From an archaeon (GTDB lineage: Archaea; Iainarchaeota; Iainarchaeia; Iainarchaeales; GW2011-AR10), in NCBI GenBank assembly GCA_030651515.1, contig JAUSEO010000026.1:1-44768 (forward strand): 44,768 nt of DNA. The letters are read 5' to 3'. The notes under the pieces are model-generated. The model did no database searches. It saw only the letters and a program-made list of their open reading frames with translations, and was not told where the DNA came from. The first letter of the stretch is position 1. Each line of letters opens with the position of its first letter. The position numbers and the translations under genes are program-made. Positions 32,992 through 40,860 of this stretch are shown piece by piece.

Positions 32992-33312
32992 TCAGCGTTT
33001 GAATTTTTTTATTACTTCTTTTTCAAGTGCAGCCAGGGATTTTTCAACCGCGGTCAAAATGTTCCATTCATCGTGAGTTGCATCAAAAGAATGGCCGGGG
33101 CAGACAAGGCGGGAGTGAATGGAGTATTTTCTCCTTTCCCCTTCAATTTCATGCTCTTTGACGTGGATTGAAAGCCTCGTGTCAGGGTGCTTGATTATTC
33201 TGGCAAGTTTTCTGAAAGTATTGAATGCCTTTGTTTCAGCCTTTGCCTTTTCAAAACTGTCCGTATCGTGAAAACCGATAAATTCAACGTTTAACTGTTC
33301 AGGCTCCATCAT
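32992..33312 (-). CDS. HPF/RaiA (S30AE)-like ribosome-associated protein candidate
   Basis: 106 aa. The pattern LNVEFIGFHDTDSF..KAF.TF.KLARI...LSIHVKEH....YSIHSRLVCPGHSFDATHDEWNILTAVEKSLAALEKEVIKKFKR is colinear with bacterial HPF (beta-alpha-beta3-alpha). Judged by eye only. Confidence 0.45.
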   Translation of the reverse strand: MMEPEQLNVEFIGFHDTDSFEKAKAETKAFNTFRKLARIIKHPDTRLSIHVKEHEIEGERRKYSIHSRLVCPGHSFDATHDEWNILTAVEKSLAALEKEVIKKFKR

Positions 33313-33403
33313 AGTTCAACCACAAATTTAATTTTGACAAACGTGGTTAAAAATTGTTTTCCTCCAGAAAAAAAGCAACATTCTACATAAAAAAATTTAT
33401 TTT

Positions 33404-33691
33404 TCATTTTTTTGCAGAGCGAAAATCAGAAGTGTACGAGTAGAGCTTTACGACGATTGCCAAGGCGCATAGGAACAGGAAAAGTTTTAACTGCCAGGGA
33501 AGTTTTTCTGCCCCCGGAAAAGACAGGCTTGGGTCAAAGAGAAAAAGAACCGACACCAAAATGAAGGCGGTTAAAACCAATTCAACTACTACAAGCCCAA
33601 CGTGGCGCTTGTCTTTGCGCGCTTGGCGGACTTTTTCCTTTATGCCCTCGTTTGCCCGGCGGGTTATTTCACGGATTTTTGCTGTTGGCAT
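33404..33691 (-). CDS. Small membrane protein (2 TM), unknown
   Basis: Basic N-terminus, then LVVVELVLTAFILVSVLFLF and LFLFLCALAIVVKLY. Confidence 0.45.
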   Translation of the reverse strand: MPTAKIREITRRANEGIKEKVRQARKDKRHVGLVVVELVLTAFILVSVLFLFDPSLSFPGAEKLPWQLKLFLFLCALAIVVKLYSYTSDFRSAKK

Positions 33692-33706
33692 GGCAAAAGA
33701 AAAGAC

Positions 33707-34627
33707 TCATTTGTTGTTTAAATTAGTTTCATTCTTTAGTTTATCTAAAACATCGTCAGAAGACATTATTTCAATTGCCCCGAATTCTTGAATAGCCTGT
33801 TTAATTCCTTCGTTTGGCAAAATATGCAATGCTAATGACGGCACAAAAATTGGAACTTTTTGTTTATATGCAGTTTTTGTTTGAACCATAGCACCACCCA
33901 TAGCGCCACTTGCAATATTTATGATTCCATTAGATATGCCTGACGTGATTCTGTTCCTTTGTACGAACGAATAATTTGCACCACCAAAATTTGGCGAATA
34001 TTCGCTAACTAGTAGCCCTCTTTCCTTGATTGTATTTAATAATTTTTTATTTTCTTCAGGGTATAGATTAAAAAAACCCGTTCCCATAATCGAAATAGTT
34101 TTCCCACCAGTTTGCTGTAAGACTGCATTGTGTGCAGCTGTATCGATTCCAAGTGCTCCGCCACTAACAATAACTACCCCCTTTTTTGCTAAATTGCTTG
34201 CAATAACCGATGTCAAATCTAGTGCTTTTTCCGAGGCAGTACGACTTCCAACAATAGCAATTTTATTTTCACTATATAATAGGGATTTGTCACCCCAGAG
34301 GAATAAAAAGATTGGAGGTAAAGGGATGTTTTTCAACTGGCGAGGATAATCTTTATCGAATAAGGTAAGTATTTCGATTTTGTTTTTTTTGCAGTCATGT
34401 ATAGTTTTTAGATAATTTTCGTCAGATGCACTTTTGAGTTTTTCAATCTCTTTTACCATTAAATTAGTAATACCTTTAGTTTTTTCTAAATCTAAATTAG
34501 CAGCATTAAATACTCCGTCAATAGTTTCAAATCTTTGAACTAAATATAAGATTCGTGATGGTCCAAGACCATGAACATTATTTAATTTCATCAATTTTAC
34601 GAGTTGAGAATCAGTAAGTTCAGTCAT
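33707..34627 (-). CDS. dprA: DprA/Smf-like (SLOG/Rossmann) DNA-processing protein
   Basis: IAIVGSRTASEKALD...VIVSGGALGIDTAAHNAVL...ISIMGTGFFNLYPEEN...SEYSP...FVQRNRITSGIS..INIASGAMGGAMVQ. The N-terminus is HhH-like. Confidence 0.8.
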   Translation of the reverse strand: MTELTDSQLVKLMKLNNVHGLGPSRILYLVQRFETIDGVFNAANLDLEKTKGITNLMVKEIEKLKSASDENYLKTIHDCKKNKIEILTLFDKDYPRQLKNIPLPPIFLFLWGDKSLLYSENKIAIVGSRTASEKALDLTSVIASNLAKKGVVIVSGGALGIDTAAHNAVLQQTGGKTISIMGTGFFNLYPEENKKLLNTIKERGLLVSEYSPNFGGANYSFVQRNRITSGISNGIINIASGAMGGAMVQTKTAYKQKVPIFVPSLALHILPNEGIKQAIQEFGAIEIMSSDDVLDKLKNETNLNNK

Positions 34628-35235
34628 TATTTCCCACCCATTTCATTGATGCCTAAACATAATGCTGTAACACTACACGTAGATTTGCTTTTTTTTAACA
34701 ATTTGGCGCATTCGAGTAAATGTATCCCTGTCGTTTTAGTATCATCCAACAGCAAAATGTTTGTTTCTTGCGAATCTAACTTGCGAGTCAGAACCATAGT
34801 ATCTTTGATGCTAGTATATCTATCATATAAACTGGCAGTGTATGAAAATTTTTTAGTCTCTTTTATTCGCTTAATTATGTTTTCATTCTTAAAAGAATTT
34901 TTCTTTGCGAGTTTGACTGCAAGCGGTAATAATGTAGGTGAATATTCATCTATTTTTGAAGAAGGCAATACGATTAAAAGGTCGATTTCTTGAAAACGAT
35001 TGTGTGAAATTATAGCTTGTAATGCGGGTAAAAAATAGTCGGAGAGGTCTTTTGTTTTTGATTCTATAATTTTTTCGGAATACTCATCACTTTTTGTATT
35101 TTTTTTAAAATATTTTCTGGGTGCATGAACTGGCACTTTAAGACCTGGATATAGCCGATACCAGTTAGCAGAGTCTGTTTCCCAGGGATATTTTCTTTGC
35201 GTACCAGTCAAATTAACTTCAATAAAACCCCCCAT
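34627..35235 (-). CDS. Phosphoribosyltransferase-like protein (ComF/ComFC-like, no zinc finger)
   Basis: PRPP-loop-like NILLLDDTKTTGIHLLECAKLL. Its stop TAA overlaps the dprA ATG by 1 nt (TAATG). Confidence 0.65.
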   Translation of the reverse strand: MGGFIEVNLTGTQRKYPWETDSANWYRLYPGLKVPVHAPRKYFKKNTKSDEYSEKIIESKTKDLSDYFLPALQAIISHNRFQEIDLLIVLPSSKIDEYSPTLLPLAVKLAKKNSFKNENIIKRIKETKKFSYTASLYDRYTSIKDTMVLTRKLDSQETNILLLDDTKTTGIHLLECAKLLKKSKSTCSVTALCLGINEMGGK

Positions 35236-35251
35236 CAAATCCCCTTTTTAG

Positions 35252-35302
35252 CTATTATAATAACGTTTTCTTATTATAATAACGTTTTCTTATTATAATA
35301 TC
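35252..35302. repeat. Tandem direct repeat, 2.6 copies of the 19-bp unit TTATTATAATAACGTTTTC, in the promoter region of the PRTase-dprA operon
   Basis: Read directly. Each unit carries a TATA-like TTATTATAATAA. The last unit ends about 20 nt upstream of the ATG at 35235 (- strand). Confidence 0.85.
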
Positions 35303-35386
35303 TTTACTAGAGACCTTACTGCCGGTGCCAATTTTGTGTAAAAGGTAGCCTTTATTTACGCAACATGCTCTAACCTTATCCAAAAT

Positions 35387-35824
35387 TTATTCTTTTTGTT
35401 CTCCTTCAAACCCAAGTTCGCGGTCAAGTTCCTGGGCAGTTTTCTTCATTTTCTGGAAAATTCGCTCGATGTCTTCCTCGATTTCCTCTATAGTGCGGAG
35501 CATGCTTGAACTGCGCGGGAAATAAGACCTGCCCTGCCTTACAATGAGGCCGGAGCGCTGGAGGTTGTTTAAGTGGTTGATTATTGAGCCGCGGCTCATT
35601 TCAAGCCTCTTTGCCAGAAAAGTTGAAGTTAACGGTTTTTGTGCTTCAGAACCCTTTACAACTTCTTTAAAGACAGAGGAAGCGGTTTTCCCGCGGGCTA
35701 TTGGCTCGAAAAAGCCAAAAGACTGGCAAATCCAGTCCAATTCCGCAAAAGGGTCATGCGAAAAAGGCTTCTCCACCCTTTTAATCACGATTTTAAAGGA
35801 TGCCCGCCTAATGTTTTCCGGCAT
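35387..35824 (-). CDS. Winged-helix transcriptional regulator, divergent from grpE-dnaK-dnaJ
   Basis: LTSTFLAKRLEMSRGSIINHLNNLQRSGLIVRQGRSYF is an HTH/wing. A TTG at 35848 is an alternative start. Confidence 0.6.
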   Translation of the reverse strand: MPENIRRASFKIVIKRVEKPFSHDPFAELDWICQSFGFFEPIARGKTASSVFKEVVKGSEAQKPLTSTFLAKRLEMSRGSIINHLNNLQRSGLIVRQGRSYFPRSSSMLRTIEEIEEDIERIFQKMKKTAQELDRELGFEGEQKE

Positions 35825-35911
35825 AAAAGAAAGAGCCCCCCAAAACAAATAAAAGAGTTTTGTTTAAAAAAGTTTGTAATTGATTAAATATTTTAGTCAA
35901 AAGTGTTTTTG

Positions 35912-36478
35912 ATGCATATTCACAAAAAAGACGAAAAAATGCCTCCAGAACACCAAAAAGATGGCAAAGAGGCCTTGGAGGCACGGCTTGCAGAGCTTGA
36001 AAAGGGGCTTGCGGAGCAGGTGGAAAAGGCAAACGAGTTCAAAGAGATTGCCCAGCGCGTGCAGGCAGAGTTTGAAAACTTTTCCAAACGCACGGAAAAA
36101 GAAAAGGCCGAGCACAAAAAGATTGCAGGGGCAGGCATCATTTTCGAACTTTTGGCAGCCCTTGACAGTTTTGACAGCGCGATTGAAGCCATGAAAAAGC
36201 ACGGGAAAACGGAAAAAGATGGGGGAATGCATGGACTTGTTCTTTTGAAAAAGCAGTTATTTGGAGTTCTTGAAAGGCATGGGCTTAAGGAAATTCCCGC
36301 AATTGGGGAAAAATTTGACCCGCACTTGCATGAGTGTTTTCTGAGCGTGAATGAAAAAGGAAAGGAAGATGAAATAGTTTTGGGGGAAATCCAGAAAGGT
36401 TACACGCTTAACTCGCTTGTGCTTCGGCCAAGCAAAGTGAAAATAAACAAGTTGCACGAAGAAAAAAAAGATGAGTAA
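35912..36478 (+). CDS. grpE: Nucleotide exchange factor GrpE
   Basis: Coiled N-terminus, then RVQAEFENFSKRTEKEK...LLAALDSFD...GEKFDPHLHE...GYTLNSLVLRPSKV. Confidence 0.9.
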   Translation: MHIHKKDEKMPPEHQKDGKEALEARLAELEKGLAEQVEKANEFKEIAQRVQAEFENFSKRTEKEKAEHKKIAGAGIIFELLAALDSFDSAIEAMKKHGKTEKDGGMHGLVLLKKQLFGVLERHGLKEIPAIGEKFDPHLHECFLSVNEKGKEDEIVLGEIQKGYTLNSLVLRPSKVKINKLHEEKKDE

Positions 36479-36511
36479 AAAAATCTGCATTTAATTTGGA
36501 GGTAATGAAAA

Positions 36512-38383
36512 ATGGGCAAAGTCATCGGAGTGGATTTAGGCACATCTAACAGTGCATGCGCTGTTTTGGAGGGTGGAAAGCCGCGCATTGTTCCAAGCGC
36601 GGAAGGCGCATCAGTTTACGGAAAAAGTTTTCCATCGGTTATAGCTTTTACAAAGGACGGCCAGGTTTTAGTGGGTGAACCCGCAAAGAGGCAGGCCGTG
36701 AGCAACCCTGACCGCACATTCACTGCTTTCAAGAGAAAAATGGGGACTGACTACAAATACAAAGTTGGTGGAAAAGAATACACGCCGCAACAGTTGTCCG
36801 CATTTGTCCTGCAGAAAATAAAAAAGGACGCGGAAGAGTTCCTTGGCGAAACAGTGGAAAAAGCTGTTATCACTGTCCCTGCTTACTTTGACGACAATCA
36901 AAGGCAGGCGACAAAAGACGCAGGGGCAATCGCCGGACTGGAAGTAATTAGAATAATTAATGAGCCGACATCTGCAGCACTTTCATACGGCTTGGACAAG
37001 CATGGCAAGGAACAAAAAGTCCTCGTGTTTGACTTTGGCGGCGGGACGCTGGATGTCACAATCATGGAGTTCAGCCATGGCTTGTTTGAAGTAAAAAGCA
37101 CAAGCGGCGACACGCAATTAGGCGGGACCGACATGGACAGCATACTTGTTGATTACGTAGTTGCAGAGTTCAAGAAAACGGATGGAGTGGACATTAAAAA
37201 AGATTCAATGGCTTTGCAGAGGCTGTATGAGGCGTGCGAGCGCGCAAAAATCGAGCTTTCAACGGTCATTGAAACCGACATCAATTTGCCATACATTACT
37301 GTTGGGCCTGATAATTCCCCAAAGCACTTGCATTTGAAGCTTTCACGCTCAAAGCTTGAACAATTGCTTGAGCCAATAATCAAGAGGTGCGAAAAGCCGG
37401 TTGAACAGGCTTTGGCTGATGCAAAGCTCACGCCTGCAGAGATTTCAAGGATAATCCTTGTCGGCGGCCCGACCAGAATGCCGATTGTGCAGAAGTTTGT
37501 TGAAAAAATAGTCGGCACAAAAGTCGAGCGCGGGGTTGACCCGATGGAGTGCGTTGCACAAGGCGCAGCAATCCAGGCAGGAGTGTTGTCTGGTGAAGTC
37601 AAGGACGTGCTTTTGCTTGACGTAACGCCGCTTACTCTGGGAATTGAAACCCTTGGCGGGGTGAGGACTCAGCTCATTGAAAGAAACACCACTATTCCCA
37701 CGAGGAAAAGCCAGGTTTTTTCCACGGCTGCAGAGAACCAGCCTGCAGTGGACATTCATGTCCTGCAGGGAGAGCGGCCAATGGCGCAGGACAACAAGTC
37801 ACTTGGACGGTTCCAATTGGCTGGCATTCCCCCTGCACCGCGCGGAGTGCCACAAGTGGAAGTCACGTTTGACATTGATGCAAATGGGATAGTCCACGTC
37901 ACGGCAAAGGATTTGGGCACTGGGAAGTCACAGAGCATCAAGATAATTGCAAGCCAGAAGCTTGACGAGAAAGAAATCGAGCGGATGAAAAAAGAGTCAG
38001 AACAGTTTGCGCAAGCCGATAGGAAAAGGAAAGAGGATGCTGAAATCGTGAACAACGCCGACACGCTTGCATACTCTGCGGAAAAAATGCTTGAAGAACT
38101 AAAGGAAAAAGTCCCGGCACAGACAGCAGAAAAAATACGCGGCCTTGCAGTGGAAATCAGGGAACTCGTGGCAGCCTCCACAAAGGACACTGCAAAAATA
38201 AAGTCAAAAATGGACGAGCTTAACAAAAAGATGCAGGAGTTTTCTTCAGAACTCTATAAGGGCGCTGGTGCGCATGGGCAGCAACAGGGCGGCGGAGCAA
38301 AGCAGGAAAGCGGCGGCTCACAGCAAGGCAGTGACGACAACGTGGTTGACGCGGATTTTGAAGCAAGCGATGAAAAGAAATAA
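36512..38383 (+). CDS. dnaK: Molecular chaperone DnaK (Hsp70)
   Basis: [13 protein letters not shown]...[20 protein letters not shown]...[11 protein letters not shown]...[10 protein letters not shown]. Confidence 0.95.
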   Translation: MGKVIGVDLGTSNSACAVLEGGKPRIVPSAEGASVYGKSFPSVIAFTKDGQVLVGEPAKRQAVSNPDRTFTAFKRKMGTDYKYKVGGKEYTPQQLSAFVLQKIKKDAEEFLGETVEKAVITVPAYFDDNQRQATKDAGAIAGLEVIRIINEPTSAALSYGLDKHGKEQKVLVFDFGGGTLDVTIMEFSHGLFEVKSTSGDTQLGGTDMDSILVDYVVAEFKKTDGVDIKKDSMALQRLYEACERAKIELSTVIETDINLPYITVGPDNSPKHLHLKLSRSKLEQLLEPIIKRCEKPVEQALADAKLTPAEISRIILVGGPTRMPIVQKFVEKIVGTKVERGVDPMECVAQGAAIQAGVLSGEVKDVLLLDVTPLTLGIETLGGVRTQLIERNTTIPTRKSQVFSTAAENQPAVDIHVLQGERPMAQDNKSLGRFQLAGIPPAPRGVPQVEVTFDIDANGIVHVTAKDLGTGKSQSIKIIASQKLDEKEIERMKKESEQFAQADRKRKEDAEIVNNADTLAYSAEKMLEELKEKVPAQTAEKIRGLAVEIRELVAASTKDTAKIKSKMDELNKKMQEFSSELYKGAGAHGQQQGGGAKQESGGSQQGSDDNVVDADFEASDEKK

Positions 38384-38415
38384 GTTTTGCGGGTTAAAAG
38401 GCTCATTGATGATTG

Positions 38416-39543
38416 ATGGCTAAAGATTATTATTCAAACCTTGGCGTGAGCAAAAACGCGTCAGCAGAAGAGATTAAAGAGGCGTACAAACGCTTAGCCA
38501 AGCAATACCACCCTGATGTTTCCAAGGAAAAGGACGCGGAAGAAAAATTCAAGGCAATAAGCGAAGCATACAAGGTGCTAAGCGACCCGCAAAAGCGCCA
38601 GAACTATGACCAGTTCGGTGACGCGGCTGAAAGGTTTTCCGGTTTCTCCGGCTTTGAGGGTTTCACGCACTCGGAATTTGATTTCTCCGACCTGTTTGGG
38701 GACAACGGCTTTGGGGATGCATTCCGGGACCTTTTCGGACAGGGTTTCAGCGGGGCACAGCAAAGGCAAAGGACAGGGTCCGCACGCGGGCAGGACATTG
38801 GAGTAAACATGTCTGTTTCATTTGAAGAAGCCGTGCATGGGGCAACAAAAGAGTTCATGCTTGAACATGAAACTGTCTGCACAAAATGCATGGGCGAGCG
38901 GACAGATGAAAAAGATGGCAAACAAAAATGCACTACCTGCCACGGAAGCGGGGTGCAGCAGTCCACGCAGAGGACTTTTTTTGGCGTGATTTCCACCAGC
39001 ACGACTTGCGGAAAATGCAGGGGGGAAGGAACGATAATCACAAAACCGTGCCAAAAATGCAGTGGGCGCGGAAAAGAAAAAACACGCGAAAAAGTATCCG
39101 TAAAGATTCCAGCAGGGATAGACACAGGGTACAGGCTTCGTTTAACCGGGCATGGAAATGCCGGTAAAAACGGCGGGCAGACAGGCGACCTTTACGTTCT
39201 TGTGTTTGTCGAGCCGCACAAGGAATTCAAGCGCGACCACGACGACATTTTTATGGAAGCCCCGCTGTCGTTTTCACAGGCAACTCTTGGGGGAAAAATA
39301 GAAGTGCAGACAATCAATGGCACTGCAAAAGTCACTGTCCCGCCCGGCACACAGACTGGAGTGATTTTTCGGCTCAGGGAGGAAGGCGTCAAAAACTTCC
39401 GCACAGGAAAAACCGGTGACCAGTACGTGAAAGTCATACTCAGGACACCTGAAAAACTGTCAAAAAAACAAAAAGAACTCTTCGATGAACTGGGCAAAGA
39501 AGAGGGAAAAAAAGGCAAAAACAAGGGATTTTTGGGGTTTTAA
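38416..39543 (+). CDS. dnaJ: Molecular chaperone DnaJ
   Basis: J domain DYYSNLGVSKNASAEEIKEAYKRLAKQYHPD, a G/F region, and four CxxCxGxG zinc motifs. Confidence 0.95.
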   Translation: MAKDYYSNLGVSKNASAEEIKEAYKRLAKQYHPDVSKEKDAEEKFKAISEAYKVLSDPQKRQNYDQFGDAAERFSGFSGFEGFTHSEFDFSDLFGDNGFGDAFRDLFGQGFSGAQQRQRTGSARGQDIGVNMSVSFEEAVHGATKEFMLEHETVCTKCMGERTDEKDGKQKCTTCHGSGVQQSTQRTFFGVISTSTTCGKCRGEGTIITKPCQKCSGRGKEKTREKVSVKIPAGIDTGYRLRLTGHGNAGKNGGQTGDLYVLVFVEPHKEFKRDHDDIFMEAPLSFSQATLGGKIEVQTINGTAKVTVPPGTQTGVIFRLREEGVKNFRTGKTGDQYVKVILRTPEKLSKKQKELFDELGKEEGKKGKNKGFLGF

Positions 39544-39566
39544 GCCCCCAAGCAAAAGTGTGAAGT

Positions 39567-40247
39567 ATGATTTTAGAAGCAAAAACATTCAAAGAGGATT
39601 GCCAAAATGTAAAAACTTTAGCAGATACTTGTTTGTCAATTAAAAAAAACCTGAATTACCCCGTGCAAGATGTAAGAAATCAAACCTTGAACAATATAGA
39701 AAAAATTTCTGACTCTTCTCTGATGATACTTAACCTACTTGATTCTTGGGCAATTGAAAGTCCTAACCAAAAATATGTAATTAGCCGACTAATAGGACTT
39801 GAAGAACCTGATAAGTCTAATGAAGTTGTTAATATGATTAGCAAAATGACAAAACTTGGATTTGTTTTGTTGTCCCAATTTCAAATTGAAAATTGTACAA
39901 GAACACTTGCCAAAAATTTAGGAGCGCATAGCGGACAAAATAAATTTTACAGTGAAGCAAAAAGTCTAATTAATGCACTTAATCTAACGCAAGACAAATT
40001 GGAAATTCTTAATACTACTGCACTTATTAGAAATACATTGCACAATAATAGAGTCCACTATTCTTCGCATGGAACTAAAACAACAGTAATAAAGGAGGCA
40101 AGATATGAGTTCATTATCGGAGAGCATATTAATTGCGCCACTTGGAACCATATAACCCATGCTTTACAACACTCAGTTTATGTTCTAAAAGAAATTTTTC
40201 AGCACCTGCAGTTTAAATATTTTCCTTATTTTACTTATTTAAGGTGA
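39567..40247 (+). CDS. Hypothetical protein (A+T-rich, helical), adjacent to the mazEF-like pair
   Basis: No recognised family. A weak Rx4-6H-like RVHYSSH is present. Confidence 0.5.
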   Translation: MILEAKTFKEDCQNVKTLADTCLSIKKNLNYPVQDVRNQTLNNIEKISDSSLMILNLLDSWAIESPNQKYVISRLIGLEEPDKSNEVVNMISKMTKLGFVLLSQFQIENCTRTLAKNLGAHSGQNKFYSEAKSLINALNLTQDKLEILNTTALIRNTLHNNRVHYSSHGTKTTVIKEARYEFIIGEHINCATWNHITHALQHSVYVLKEIFQHLQFKYFPYFTYLR

Positions 40248-40261
40248 TTTTTGTGTCTAAC

Positions 40262-40456
40262 ATGACCATGGCTATTGAAGATAAAATGCACAAGAAGATG
40301 AGGGCACACCCTGAAGTCAAGTGGACTGAAGTTGCAAGAAAGGCTTTTGAAAAAAAACTGGCAGAACTAGAAACAGTAAAGGACCCCTGGAGGCAATACG
40401 CTTACAAAAGATGGGCCGAAGAAGGAGAGGAAGCTGACGAACTCTTTGAATTTTGA
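40262..40456 (+). CDS. Putative antitoxin (MazE/RHH-like small protein)
   Basis: About 64 aa, acidic C-terminus. The stop overlaps the start of the PemK/MazF-like gene. Confidence 0.5.
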   Translation: MTMAIEDKMHKKMRAHPEVKWTEVARKAFEKKLAELETVKDPWRQYAYKRWAEEGEEADELFEF

Positions 40457-40787
40457 ACCCGGAGACATAGTCGTAGCTGATTTGTTGTTTGCAGAACAAA
40501 TTGGAATAAAAAGAAGGCCTGCACTCGTAATAAGCAATTCAAATTACAACAAAAACTCTGAAGACGTAATCTTGCTGAAAATAACTTCAAGTGCACCCAA
40601 AACAAAGTATGACGTTTTGCTTTCAAACAAAGACCTTAAAAAAGGCAACCTAAAAACAGAAAGCAGCGTAATGGCAGACAATCCTGTAACTACATACAAA
40701 AAAATGATTGAAGCAAAGATTGGAAAAATTTCAGAACAAAAACTAAAAGAAGTAAAGCAGAAATTAAAAGAGCTTTACGAATTATAA
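40446..40787 (+). CDS. mazF: PemK/MazF-family toxin endoribonuclease
   Basis: FEPGDIVVADLLFAEQIGIKRRPALVISNSNYN...VILLKITSS fits the MazF/PemK pattern. TTG start. Confidence 0.7.
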   Translation: MNFEPGDIVVADLLFAEQIGIKRRPALVISNSNYNKNSEDVILLKITSSAPKTKYDVLLSNKDLKKGNLKTESSVMADNPVTTYKKMIEAKIGKISEQKLKEVKQKLKELYEL

Positions 40788-40860
40788 AAACGAGCCTCTA
40801 CATAACGATTGGTTGTTTGATAAGGTTTTTGTGCCTTTGGCTTGAAAAAATTGATTAGAT

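Noticed and set aside
35252-35302. Tandem repeats considered as a CRISPR array.
   Set aside because: The units are directly adjacent with no spacers. There are only about 2.6 copies, they are A+T-rich, and no cas genes are present. This is a tandem promoter-region repeat.
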